Notes: a model not told the origin generated them from the sequence alone. DNA of 64,000 bases from Parcubacteria group bacterium (GCA_943350175.1 CALQZX010000003.1:12409-76408); one strand, 5' to 3'; shown: positions 28,374-37,744, numbered from the stretch's first letter. A program made the numbers and translations.

Positions 28374-28402
28374 TTGCAAAAAAGCCATTTAAGTCCTATA
28401 AT
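28374..28402 (+). promoter_or_regulatory. promoter for large lipoprotein gene (TTGCAA, 17-nt A-rich spacer, TATAAT), ~7-nt leader
   Basis: TTGCAA 28374-28379, TATAAT 28397-28402, ATG 28416 without SD; same architecture as the rpmE promoter. Confidence 0.45.
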
Positions 28403-28415
28403 ATCAGTATTAATC

Positions 28416-30872
28416 ATGAACGAATATATTAGAGCATCTTTTGAAAAATTTTTTAAAGGTTTTTCCCTCAATCAAGAAGGAAATAAAAAATTCTCCAGAA
28501 GAGATTTCTTAAAATTAGCTGGAGTTTCAGCTGCCATTGCGGCTGGTCTATCCGGCTGTGGTCCAGAAGACAGCGTTCCCATCAAGTTGGGCGAATTAGG
28601 CTGGGCGAAACCTCTTGATGAGCTTGAGAGACAGGGCTATATTTACGAAACTGAAAAATTCGGTGCTGGACCAGATGGCAAGCCAAGATATCGCAAAATC
28701 TCATTCAAAAACAATCTTTCTTTCGGAGGAGTTCCTCCAAATCCACTAGATTCATTTGCGCCAGATTCTAGAGGCATCGATCAGACAAATGAATGCAAAA
28801 TGATCAAAGATTTTCTTCATCAGAGAGTTCAGGAAATCATCATCATTCAAGAAAATATTCCAGATCCTCTCAATCCCGAAGTTGAGAATTGGGTTTCCAT
28901 GAAAATTCCAGGCACGCTAGAACACATGCGTACCACAGCCAATATTGCTAATAACGTAGACAATCAGCTAAATGAGGAACAAATTGCCCAGTTCGCTTCT
29001 TGGTTGGCAGAATATTTGGGCTCAACTTCAGACCCAGAAAACACGGATTTATTAAAAAATCCTCTCCAGCTTGCCAAAAATGTTGCCAAAGCAGAAATAC
29101 TTAAAGCGATTGTCGATTCAAAAGTTACCAGCCAAGAAGCTCAAACAATTATTAGAAAATATTTGTTTAACTTTACTTTCCCAAATGGCAATTTACCAGC
29201 AGATTGGGCTAGCTGGGACATCTGGTCAGAAATTGGTCGCAGCAGGTTTTCAGACATTCCAGAATCAATGCCTATAGAAACTCTCATGAACGTCTTTAGA
29301 GCTTTATCTTCCCAGTTTGGAGAAGATATTTTCAGAAACACTAATGGGCAAGACTACACAGATGCTCAGATTATGAATTCCATTATGGATAATTCTGGTC
29401 TTGCCGCAGCTGACTGCATAGTTGTTCCTAAAAAAGCAGATTCTGAAGAAAATTTGAGAATAGAAACAGCATTTGCAGAAATTAAGAAGCAATTCGTAGA
29501 AATTCAAAAAAAGCCGCGCATCTTTAAAGTTGATTTTGGCGGAGTCACCAAAATGGTGGTAATTCACGATTTACTTACATACGATGTTCAAGACGAGATT
29601 GTAGACTGGGACCCTCGCTTAGATCCAGGGGCCATTGTTAATGAAAAAAATCAGCGAGATGGAAGCAACTGGCAATGGTTGGCCGTTAGTGAAGAACCTA
29701 AAGCTGAACTTAACAACACTACAATTAAACAATGCATAGAGGGTACATTTACTGGAATAGCTGGTAAAATTTCAAAAATTGAAGAATTCCCACCAGAAGC
29801 TATTGAATGGTTTATGGTTCCAAATAAATTTATTGGTTTAAATAAAAAAAGATTATCACCTGGTCTAAAATTTACTGGCTATAAATATCAAACAATTAAC
29901 GAAGGAGACCCTTTACCTCCAAAAGAAACCAAGATTTGGCTTTTTGATAAAAGGATTCGCGATGAATGGACGCCAATTCAAGCTCAAGACCAAACAGAAA
30001 ATGTGCTCAACACCAGCCTTTCAATGGAAAACTGGATAACTGATGTGACCACAATCATAAATAGCGCTATTAATAATGGCGTTAAAGAACTTTTTTCGGA
30101 AGGCTTACTAAGCAGTCTTGATTGGCTGAGTCGTGCTTTGCGAGGCAACGAGGGAGATAATTTCATGAGCCATCCTTTCCTAAAGCCAACTGATCCCTAC
30201 ATGAGAGACTTGCTTGCTGATAAGAAAATGGAAGACCTATTGGAAAAAAGAGGCGCCAATTCTAATGAAGATGTCAACATGGCTGTATTTCTAGAAAAAG
30301 TACAACTTAAAACAATTACTCTTAAAGAATTCTACTTGGACAAGCCATGGGTTGAGGGGGTTCTGGAAGGCATGGGAGTTGATACTAAAAATGGTTGGTG
30401 GCCTGCCTTTAATGCATTTGCCGAAAAGCACGTCGGATCCATCAACCAGGATTTTTTCAATGAAAGTCAGCTAGAAATCAATGGCAGACAAATAGAAATG
30501 GCAAAAGGTGATTTTTACCCAGTGGAAAAAGTCATTACTATGCCTAACGGCGAAAAATATTTAGTCTTAAAAGAAATTACTGATTTCAGTTTATTAGGCT
30601 TAAGTACTGATGGAAAATTCATCGTCATACCTTTTGATGAAGCCATGCAAAAGGTGCTTGTTCTTGATCCAGACAACAATATTTTGAAATTTGCTAAAGA
30701 TGTTGTAGAAAATATTGCAGTCCCCGCCTTGGTAATTGGTGCCATTGTTGCTCCAGAAATAACTGGAGGACTTGTTACGGCAGGAGGTGCTGCAATAAAA
30801 GGAGAACTATTGAAAATTCTCGCTTCAATTGGCGCGAAGCTTATAAAAACAGTTACAAAAACTCTTTTATAA
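28416..30872 (+). CDS. large (818-aa) exported lipoprotein with twin-arginine signal and C-terminal hydrophobic segment, function unknown
   Basis: N-terminus MNEYIRASF...KKFSRRDFLKLAGVSAAIAAGLSGCGPEDS: SRRDFLK Tat consensus followed by lipobox LSGC; C-terminal VPALVIGAIVAPEITGGLVTAGGAAI hydrophobic stretch. The ORF-track start 28374 lies inside the promoter. Confidence 0.55.
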   Translation: MNEYIRASFEKFFKGFSLNQEGNKKFSRRDFLKLAGVSAAIAAGLSGCGPEDSVPIKLGELGWAKPLDELERQGYIYETEKFGAGPDGKPRYRKISFKNNLSFGGVPPNPLDSFAPDSRGIDQTNECKMIKDFLHQRVQEIIIIQENIPDPLNPEVENWVSMKIPGTLEHMRTTANIANNVDNQLNEEQIAQFASWLAEYLGSTSDPENTDLLKNPLQLAKNVAKAEILKAIVDSKVTSQEAQTIIRKYLFNFTFPNGNLPADWASWDIWSEIGRSRFSDIPESMPIETLMNVFRALSSQFGEDIFRNTNGQDYTDAQIMNSIMDNSGLAAADCIVVPKKADSEENLRIETAFAEIKKQFVEIQKKPRIFKVDFGGVTKMVVIHDLLTYDVQDEIVDWDPRLDPGAIVNEKNQRDGSNWQWLAVSEEPKAELNNTTIKQCIEGTFTGIAGKISKIEEFPPEAIEWFMVPNKFIGLNKKRLSPGLKFTGYKYQTINEGDPLPPKETKIWLFDKRIRDEWTPIQAQDQTENVLNTSLSMENWITDVTTIINSAINNGVKELFSEGLLSSLDWLSRALRGNEGDNFMSHPFLKPTDPYMRDLLADKKMEDLLEKRGANSNEDVNMAVFLEKVQLKTITLKEFYLDKPWVEGVLEGMGVDTKNGWWPAFNAFAEKHVGSINQDFFNESQLEINGRQIEMAKGDFYPVEKVITMPNGEKYLVLKEITDFSLLGLSTDGKFIVIPFDEAMQKVLVLDPDNNILKFAKDVVENIAVPALVIGAIVAPEITGGLVTAGGAAIKGELLKILASIGAKLIKTVTKTLL

Positions 30873-30877
30873 AAAAA

Positions 30878-31090
30878 TTACTCTTCGCTAGGAATCAAAA
30901 TCCAGCAAAGCAAATAGATGAATAGACCTGGAAAGCCACCTGGAATTAAAGTTAGGGACAAAATCACCCTGATCAAAGTCACATCAATTTCAAAATAGTT
31001 GGCAAAGGCCATAGCTACACCAGCGAGCTTGCGACCTTTCATTGGACGAATTAGTTTCTTTATAGTTGATTTTGGTTTTTGAGTGGGCAT
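30878..31090 (-). CDS. PspC-domain protein
   Basis: KLAGVAMAFANYFEIDVTLIRVILSLTLIPGGFPGLFIYLLCWILIP matches the PspC domain (AGVCGGLAEYFGIDPTLVRLLFVL...YLILWL). Confidence 0.6.
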   Translation of the reverse strand: MPTQKPKSTIKKLIRPMKGRKLAGVAMAFANYFEIDVTLIRVILSLTLIPGGFPGLFIYLLCWILIPSEE

Positions 31091-31154
31091 GGGTTTCTCC
31101 TTTTTTCGAGTTTTAGATTAGCATATGCGATTGTAACATGCTTATAATAGCCGC

Positions 31155-31394
31155 ATGACTATAATCCAAATAATGTCAGCTGCGGAATCATTCCTCGCAA
31201 AAAATCTACCATATTATTACCCTGATGAAAGTCAGGAGGAAAAGATAGCGATACTTCTAAAAGAAATTGTTAAAGTTGATGGGGATAGAGCCAGAGAAAT
31301 TGAGAATAGTCTGAAGCAATTTTCAAAAAACTCAGTAGAGGGACAGAGTTCTATGAACTTTGAGACATTCAATCAATCAACTAATTGGAGGTAG
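31155..31394 (+). CDS. hypothetical small protein
   Basis: 79-aa ORF, no motif. Confidence 0.3.
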   Translation: MTIIQIMSAAESFLAKNLPYYYPDESQEEKIAILLKEIVKVDGDRAREIENSLKQFSKNSVEGQSSMNFETFNQSTNWR

Positions 31395-31968
31395 CAATTA
31401 AATCTCCCCCTCTCAAAAACCACAGCGCAAAATCACTCTGACGAAATTCCTCTTTTTTGACTATTTCCTCAAATTTTTCTAAGTCAAACAACTCAACTTC
31501 AATTTTTTCCCCAGCATCAAGATTTTTTTCGGCCACTAATTCACAATTTTTGGCCACTAAATAAAAATTAGCCCAATCAATGCGACTGTTCATTTGTCCA
31601 CTGAACAAAAAATACCAATCCTGACTGGCATAGCCTGTTTCCTCAATTAGCTCTCGTTTAGAAGCTTGCAAAACAGTTTCCCCATCGTCAATAATTCCTC
31701 CGGGAAGACTTAAAAATTCACTAAGTCCTGGCTGGCTTTGCCTAGTCATGATCACTTTATTATCTTTGGTTAAAGCTAAAACCGTCACGGTGTCAGCTCT
31801 GGAGAGACTCTCAAATCTAGCTATGCTGCCATCGTAAAGTTCTTGTGGCCAATGCCAAACCTTGAAAAAATCACCCTCAAAAACGATCTGTGCATCGTCG
31901 CCTCTTTTTAATTTAGCCGGCGCTCTTTTGATCGTTAGCGACTCGTTTTGTTCATCAATTTTTTGCAT
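31381..31968 (-). CDS. NUDIX hydrolase (ADP-ribose pyrophosphatase-like)
   Basis: Nudix box LPGGIIDDGETVLQASKRELIEETGY. Confidence 0.8.
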   Translation of the reverse strand: MQKIDEQNESLTIKRAPAKLKRGDDAQIVFEGDFFKVWHWPQELYDGSIARFESLSRADTVTVLALTKDNKVIMTRQSQPGLSEFLSLPGGIIDDGETVLQASKRELIEETGYASQDWYFLFSGQMNSRIDWANFYLVAKNCELVAEKNLDAGEKIEVELFDLEKFEEIVKKEEFRQSDFALWFLRGGDLIATSN

Positions 31969-31988
31969 GCTTATCCTTTATAATATCA

Positions 31989-33128
31989 TTGTTAATGCAA
32001 ATTAGAATTAAAAATAAAAACTATCAACTCCCGATCTATTTGCCAGATGCCACTCTAGGTGTCGCTCGTAATTTGGATAGCATGGATTTGGCCAAAGTTG
32101 GTCTTGAGGGAGTGATGGTTAATACCTACCACTTGATTCAAATACCTGGCGAAGAAATTTTGCAAAAAGTTGGCGGTATTAAAAAAATGATGAATTGGCC
32201 TGGCTTTGTTTCTTCCGACTCTGGTGGCTTTCAACTTTTTTCTTTGATTCGCAAAAATCCTGACATGGGCAAAGTCACCGACGAAGGCATTGTTCTCTAC
32301 AACGGCCCCAAGAAACAGAAAAAAACCATGTTTACTCCAGAGGATTCGATTCGCATGCAATTTGCCCTGGGTAGCGATGTGATGATTTGTCTGGATGACT
32401 TCACTCCACCTGAGGCCAACGAAAAACGCACAGAGGAAAGCGTCATGAGGACAATCTCTTGGGCTAAAAGAGCCAAAGCTGAGTTCACACAACAATTAAC
32501 CAAGCATGGTTTCGAAGAAAACAATCGCCCGCTGCTACTCGCTCCCATTCAAGGTCATACCAATGACAAATGGCGCGCTTATTGCAGTGAGGAATTACAA
32601 AAAATCGGTTTTGACATCTACGGTTTGGGTGGCTGGCCATTCTTGCCAGATGGAAAATTTGATTACTCTTTTTGTGAAAAAAATGCTGAATTAACAAGTA
32701 AAGATAGCTATCGTTTTGCCCTTGGAGTTGGCACTCCAGAGAACATTGTTCGCCTCTTCTTTATGGGTTATCAATTCTTTGATTGTGTCTTGCCAACTAG
32801 AGATGCCCGCCATCAACGTTTGTATGTTTTCAAAGTTGATCCGAAAGCTCTTGACCGAGAAGCGCTTAGAAAATTAGCAGAAGAAAATCGCTTAAACGAA
32901 ATTTTTGATTACACCTATATCAGTAAGGGTAAATTCTCCACGGACAATGAGGCAGTCAGTGAATTTTGTGATTGTCCGATTTGCCAAAAGACAAATGGCG
33001 TTCCACAAGTCAGCAAGGCCTATTTGCATCATTTATTTAAGATCGAGGATGGCAGCGCTTTTCGCCTAGCGAGTTTGCACAATTTGAGAACTTACGTGAA
33101 AGTGATCGAAATACTTCGTAGAGCCTAG
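31989..33128 (+). CDS. tgt: queuine tRNA-ribosyltransferase
   Basis: LPDATLGV, catalytic DSGGFQ and Zn motif CDCPICQ...H. Confidence 0.8.
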   Translation: MLMQIRIKNKNYQLPIYLPDATLGVARNLDSMDLAKVGLEGVMVNTYHLIQIPGEEILQKVGGIKKMMNWPGFVSSDSGGFQLFSLIRKNPDMGKVTDEGIVLYNGPKKQKKTMFTPEDSIRMQFALGSDVMICLDDFTPPEANEKRTEESVMRTISWAKRAKAEFTQQLTKHGFEENNRPLLLAPIQGHTNDKWRAYCSEELQKIGFDIYGLGGWPFLPDGKFDYSFCEKNAELTSKDSYRFALGVGTPENIVRLFFMGYQFFDCVLPTRDARHQRLYVFKVDPKALDREALRKLAEENRLNEIFDYTYISKGKFSTDNEAVSEFCDCPICQKTNGVPQVSKAYLHHLFKIEDGSAFRLASLHNLRTYVKVIEILRRA

Positions 33129-33136
33129 GTCTTTTA

Positions 33137-33448
33137 TCAATCCCACAAGCCATGTTCTTTGAGGGCTTTTTTGATCTGTAATAGTTCTATTTCAATCTTC
33201 TTAATTTTCATTTGTAAATCAAAATCTTCTTGCGTTTCGATGTCATCATCCAAAAAATAATTAATGGATTTGTGAGTCAAACTGCTAATAATCTGCAAAG
33301 TGTCCAGTGGTGGTAGAGCTCGACCCTTTTCGTAAGCAGAGATAGTGCGGTCAGATAACTTGAGAGCATTGGCCAATTCTTTTTGCGAAAGAGCTGCCTC
33401 TACTCTGGCTTGTCTAATCTTTTTAGAAATTTTGTCTGTTTTTGTCAT
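33137..33448 (-). CDS. XRE-family helix-turn-helix transcriptional regulator
   Basis: IRQARVEAALSQKELANALKLSDRTISAYEKG HTH_3 signature. Confidence 0.7.
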   Translation of the reverse strand: MTKTDKISKKIRQARVEAALSQKELANALKLSDRTISAYEKGRALPPLDTLQIISSLTHKSINYFLDDDIETQEDFDLQMKIKKIEIELLQIKKALKEHGLWD

Positions 33449-33517
33449 ACTTTGTTTACTTGACTAAACTTGAATAAAATATTACTCTATTTTTATTAGA
33501 AAAAATCTAATCTAATT

Positions 33518-33895
33518 ATGCTTACATCTTCTGCTTCAAAGTCCATTTTGATTGTTGAGCCTAATTCTGATTTAGAAAAACCTTATTCTTTCCTTGATCA
33601 AAAAACTTTTAAAGTCACTAGGGCTAGCAATTCTCTAACCGCTAGCTATGAGTTACAAAAACAAAATTTTGATCTAGTTTTTTTAAGTTGCTCTTTTTCT
33701 AACAAAAAGATTCTCAATTTCCTCGAATCACTTAAGCTTGCTGGCAGCAATCAGATCATTCCTCTCATTCTAGTCGTCGATCTCAGTCAGCCCTATAGTA
33801 TTGTTCCTGGACTAACTTGGAACAATCAATTAAGCTTGCTTAACTCAATCTCTTCAGACAAAGAACTGCAAATTGCTCTGAGCAAACTACTCTAA
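33518..33895 (+). CDS. receiver-like (CheY fold) domain protein lacking the canonical phospho-acceptor Asp
   Basis: ILIVEPN ... FDLVFLSCSF ... IPLILVV follows beta1/beta3/beta4 of a receiver domain, but the DD pair is EP and the phospho-Asp position is Ser. Confidence 0.35.
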   Translation: MLTSSASKSILIVEPNSDLEKPYSFLDQKTFKVTRASNSLTASYELQKQNFDLVFLSCSFSNKKILNFLESLKLAGSNQIIPLILVVDLSQPYSIVPGLTWNNQLSLLNSISSDKELQIALSKLL

Positions 33896-33942
33896 TCGCA
33901 TTTTGTAATCTTCTTGCAACCTACTCCAATTATAATAGACTT

Positions 33943-34641
33943 GTGGTAAAACAAAAGAACAGGAAAAAGCTAAGCGTCAAAGAAATAGCTTTGCGTTATC
34001 AACCAAGAGAAAAAGCCAAAAAACTCGGCTTAGCTGCATTAAATAATAGTGAACTCTTGGCTTTGATCATTGGTAGCGGCCAGAAAAACTGTAATGTTTT
34101 GGAATTAGCTAAGAAGGTTGAAAAACAATTATTAGCTAATAACGAGCCAAAAAACAAACAAAAACTCTCACAAATTTTTGGCATTGGTGAAATTCTGACC
34201 AACAAAATTCTAGCTAGCTTAGAGCTGGGCAGGCGTTTGGCGCAAGAAAAAAATCCCCAGCAAATCGACCATCCTAGCAAAATTTTTGAACTCTCTAGAG
34301 ACTTGGCTAACAAAAAACAAGAATATTGTTTGGCTTTTTATTTGAATGGCCGCCAAGAATTACTAAGTAGAAAAACTTTGGCTATTGGCGGGCTAAATTA
34401 TAATTTTATGGAACCAAGGGATATTTTTGAGCCAGCTTTTAGTAGTGGGGCCAGTAATTTTATTTTGGTCCATAATCATCCCTCCGGCCATCCAGAACCT
34501 TCAGATGATGATTTACTTTTGACAGAAAAAATTGCCAAATTGGGAGATTTGATGGGTGTCAAATTGCAAGACCACTTAATTGTTTGCAAAGACAATTATT
34601 TTTCCATCAGAGAGCACTTCAGTGAGTTGCTTTACGTTTAA
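33943..34641 (+). CDS. radC: RadC-family JAB/MPN domain protein
   Basis: N-terminal helix-hairpin-helix region and JAMM motif ILVHNHPSGHPEPSDDD. Confidence 0.8.
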   Translation: MVKQKNRKKLSVKEIALRYQPREKAKKLGLAALNNSELLALIIGSGQKNCNVLELAKKVEKQLLANNEPKNKQKLSQIFGIGEILTNKILASLELGRRLAQEKNPQQIDHPSKIFELSRDLANKKQEYCLAFYLNGRQELLSRKTLAIGGLNYNFMEPRDIFEPAFSSGASNFILVHNHPSGHPEPSDDDLLLTEKIAKLGDLMGVKLQDHLIVCKDNYFSIREHFSELLYV

Positions 34642-36094
34642 TCACCACCGTACCAGCCTGATCAACCAGTTGATAACCAGCCTGCTCAAATTCGGCTCTC
34701 AGTCGGTCGGCGGTGACAAAATCTTTATTACGGCGCGCAATTTCTCGCTCTGCAAAAAGTTTTTGTAAGTCTACTGACAAGTCTTTGATTTCCAAATCTT
34801 CATTACCTTTGGTCAGATCGCTTTCGTCCATCGAAACCAAACCTAGACCAAGTACTCGATCAAATTCCAATAATAAGTGGTATTTATCAGAATCACTCAG
34901 GTTGCTTTTGAGAACTTTCCAGACCACAGTTAAAGCCTCCGGGGTATTAAGATCATTTTCAACAAAAGCAAAAAATTGTTTGGCTAATTGCTCTGCTTCT
35001 TGGCTAATTTCTGCATCCAAGTGATGATTCTTCTTAACTAATAAGTAAGCTTGCAAAAGTTTGCGCCAGGCAATTTGATTGGCTTCTAAGCTCTGGAGAG
35101 TGAAATTTTGTTCACTACGATAATGGCTGGTTAAAAAAAGCAAACGTAGCGCAGCAGGTTCGAAACCTTTTTGCAAAATATCATCAATGGTAAAAAAATT
35201 ACCAAGCGACTTACTCATTTTTTCACCATCCACGCGCAGAAAATTATGATGCACCCAGAATCTAGCAAAAGGTTTTTTGCCGGTATAAGTTTCTGACTGC
35301 GCAATTTCATTGGCGTGATGAACAGCAATGTGATCAATGCCGCCGGTGTGAATATCTAATTGTGGACCAAGATGTTCAATGCTCATGGCGCTACATTCGA
35401 CGTGCCAACCTGGAAAACTACGTGGATGCCATGGACTTGGCCAAACCATTTGACGATTCTCACCAGCTTTTTCAAATTTCCATAGGGCGAAATCACTTGG
35501 ATTTCTCTTGTTGGCAATCTCCCCCATTCTACTTTCTCTTGGAGCATGACGAGGATCGTGACCGCTGAGCTGACCGTATTCAGCCAGTTTTGAGGTATCA
35601 AAGTAAACTCCATCATCTTCAATGATGTAGGTGTAGCCTTTTTTTTCTAAGTCCAAAACCATGTCTAGTTGACTCTGAATATGCTCGGTAGCGCGACAGC
35701 TTAGAGTTGGGCGTAGAACCCCCATTTTATCCATGCTGTAAAAGAAATAATCTTCAAATTTCTTGGCTACTTCCCAGGCACTTTGGCCATATTTACGAGC
35801 GCCCTTTTCCATCTTGTCTTCACCTTCGTCATCATCAGAAACCAGATGACCAACATCAGTGATATTTTGTACATGCTTCACATCATAGCCAGCATTACGC
35901 AGAACTCTGACCAAAACATCATCCATTACATATTTGCGCAAATGACCGATGTGAGTGTAATCATAAACAGTCACACCACAGGCATACATATTTACTTGTT
36001 TGGGATTTTCACCAACTGGAAAGTTTTCACTATTTGTCTCGCGGAGAGTTTTGAACTCTTCGACTTTTTTGGAAAGAGTGTTGTAAAGTTTCAT
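34619..36094 (-). CDS. cysS: cysteine--tRNA ligase
   Basis: HIGH (YTHIGHL) and KMSKS (KMSKSLGN) motifs, Zn-binding Cys; 491 aa. Confidence 0.9.
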   Translation of the reverse strand: MKLYNTLSKKVEEFKTLRETNSENFPVGENPKQVNMYACGVTVYDYTHIGHLRKYVMDDVLVRVLRNAGYDVKHVQNITDVGHLVSDDDEGEDKMEKGARKYGQSAWEVAKKFEDYFFYSMDKMGVLRPTLSCRATEHIQSQLDMVLDLEKKGYTYIIEDDGVYFDTSKLAEYGQLSGHDPRHAPRESRMGEIANKRNPSDFALWKFEKAGENRQMVWPSPWHPRSFPGWHVECSAMSIEHLGPQLDIHTGGIDHIAVHHANEIAQSETYTGKKPFARFWVHHNFLRVDGEKMSKSLGNFFTIDDILQKGFEPAALRLLFLTSHYRSEQNFTLQSLEANQIAWRKLLQAYLLVKKNHHLDAEISQEAEQLAKQFFAFVENDLNTPEALTVVWKVLKSNLSDSDKYHLLLEFDRVLGLGLVSMDESDLTKGNEDLEIKDLSVDLQKLFAEREIARRNKDFVTADRLRAEFEQAGYQLVDQAGTVVIKRKATH

Positions 36095-36138
36095 TTTAGC
36101 CTATTGGGCTTTATTGTAACTTGAGTGATCGAGTTTAG

Positions 36139-36807
36139 CTAGCCATCTGATTGGCTCATCTGTGTGCGCTTGTTTTGCATTAGTTGGCTAGTTTGCTGTT
36201 TCTTGTTACCAGATGGAGCATTTGCGCCTTTCTGTGGACTGCTTGGAGGAGCAATGCTTTGTTCTTGTGCTTGACGCTCTTCTTCTTCTTTTTTGGCCTG
36301 CTCTTCTTGCTGTTCTTTTTGTTTTTTTTGCTGATCTTCTTGAAATTTCTGCTGGATAAAAGATTGCTCTTCCTGAGTTAGCTTTTGCCAATTCTGAGCT
36401 ATTTTTTGTTTCTTGGCTTTTTTTTCTGGCGTGTCGCCTGGGTTAATACCAAGTAAGGCGTTGAGGTCAAAAAAAGATTTAAAAGTATTAAGAATATCTT
36501 TGGCTGGACGAGCAATTAATTCTTCACCAAGATTGGAAATATTCCTAGGAGGTGGTGCTTGTTGTTGTTTTGATTCTGGACTGGCCAAAGGTGTCTGACC
36601 AGCTCCTGACGCAGCAACCTGCTGCTTAGCTAAACCTTGTTGGCCTAAAACTGAAGATTGTTGGGCAGTTTGTTTTTGAGCAGCTGCCGAACTCATAGCA
36701 TTAGCGTCTTCATGCTCATCGCTAAAATTACCAAAGCTCTGGCGAAAACCGCCACCTGGCCTTGTTTGCATTTTGGACCCGCCTCCAGGTCCTCCAAATC
36801 CTGACAT
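36139..36807 (-). CDS. intrinsically disordered Gly/Gln/Lys/Glu-rich protein, hypothetical
   Basis: 222-aa ORF with MSGFGGPGGGS N-terminus and QQKKQKEQQEEQAKKEEEERQ tract; the overlapping opposite-strand ORFs are low-complexity artefacts. Confidence 0.4.
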   Translation of the reverse strand: MSGFGGPGGGSKMQTRPGGGFRQSFGNFSDEHEDANAMSSAAAQKQTAQQSSVLGQQGLAKQQVAASGAGQTPLASPESKQQQAPPPRNISNLGEELIARPAKDILNTFKSFFDLNALLGINPGDTPEKKAKKQKIAQNWQKLTQEEQSFIQQKFQEDQQKKQKEQQEEQAKKEEEERQAQEQSIAPPSSPQKGANAPSGNKKQQTSQLMQNKRTQMSQSDG

Positions 36808-36836
36808 ATTTTATTTCCTAACGACTTATTCTTTAA

Positions 36837-37187
36837 TTATGGATCTAAATGTTTTAACTGAAAAATACGTTGACTTCGCTCTTCCAATCTTTTTTGTTCC
36901 GCATCTGCGTCGTTGCTGACTTTTTGACTAGCTCTGGCCTGATATTGAGGCGTGTCCACTAGTTCAGTTTTCATTTTGAGTAATTGTTCTTCGATTTTCA
37001 ACTGATCTTCCTGCGCCTCCTTGGCTTGTAAAACAGCAATGTCTTCTGCACTTGGGCCCGTGGCCGGAGCTTCCTCACCAGGTGATTCCACATTAGATTG
37101 ATCGGCAGCAGCAGACGGATCAGCTTGATTTTTTTGGTCTTCGAGTAATTTTTGGAGTGCTGCTAGAGGATCTTGATTATCTGCCAT
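36837..37187 (-). CDS. acidic coiled-coil protein, hypothetical
   Basis: 116-aa ORF, no motif. Confidence 0.35.
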   Translation of the reverse strand: MADNQDPLAALQKLLEDQKNQADPSAAADQSNVESPGEEAPATGPSAEDIAVLQAKEAQEDQLKIEEQLLKMKTELVDTPQYQARASQKVSNDADAEQKRLEERSQRIFQLKHLDP

Positions 37188-37247
37188 GGAATCATGTTAG
37201 CAGAAAAAAGCTAAAGAGTGCAAGATCGGCAACTCAACAATCAGCCT

Positions 37248-37595
37248 TTAGACTAAGCCCAATTCTTTGATTTTGCTCAGACGACGATAGTCAGTTTTTT
37301 TTTCTTTGGTTTCACTCATTTTACGCAGAGCCGCATTAGTAGCATCAACAATAGCATCGTAAAAATCATAACCATTTATCTCTACCCATAAAGCCTTACC
37401 TGGCACTTCGATGCTGTATTTGACACTGACTTTCTTACTGTTGGTGGACTTTTTTGTATCCTGTTCCAAATAGACGGTAACTTTTGTTATTTTCAAATCT
37501 TTGAGTTTTTCCAATTTATGGCTTTGTCGTTGGATGAATTCTCGCAGAGCTCTAGTCACCTTGAGACTTTTCGCTTGAACAATGACGTTCATCAT
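37248..37595 (-). CDS. hpf: ribosome hibernation-promoting factor (HPF/RaiA, short form)
   Basis: MMNVIVQAKSLKVTRALREFIQRQSHKLEKL...VYLEQDTK...AIVDATNAALRKM parallels the E. coli HPF/YfiA fold; start moved to Met 37595. Confidence 0.75.
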   Translation of the reverse strand: MMNVIVQAKSLKVTRALREFIQRQSHKLEKLKDLKITKVTVYLEQDTKKSTNSKKVSVKYSIEVPGKALWVEINGYDFYDAIVDATNAALRKMSETKEKKTDYRRLSKIKELGLV

Positions 37596-37744
37596 ATTTC
37601 TCCTTTCAACTTCCATGATGTTCATGAAAGCCATAACTTATATTTTTAGACAAAAAAAACGACCCCTCAAATTAGTGTCTATCTAACCTTAGGATCGTTA
37701 ATATCATCTGTATCTAGAATAGCAAAAAACTGAAAAAAAGCAAG

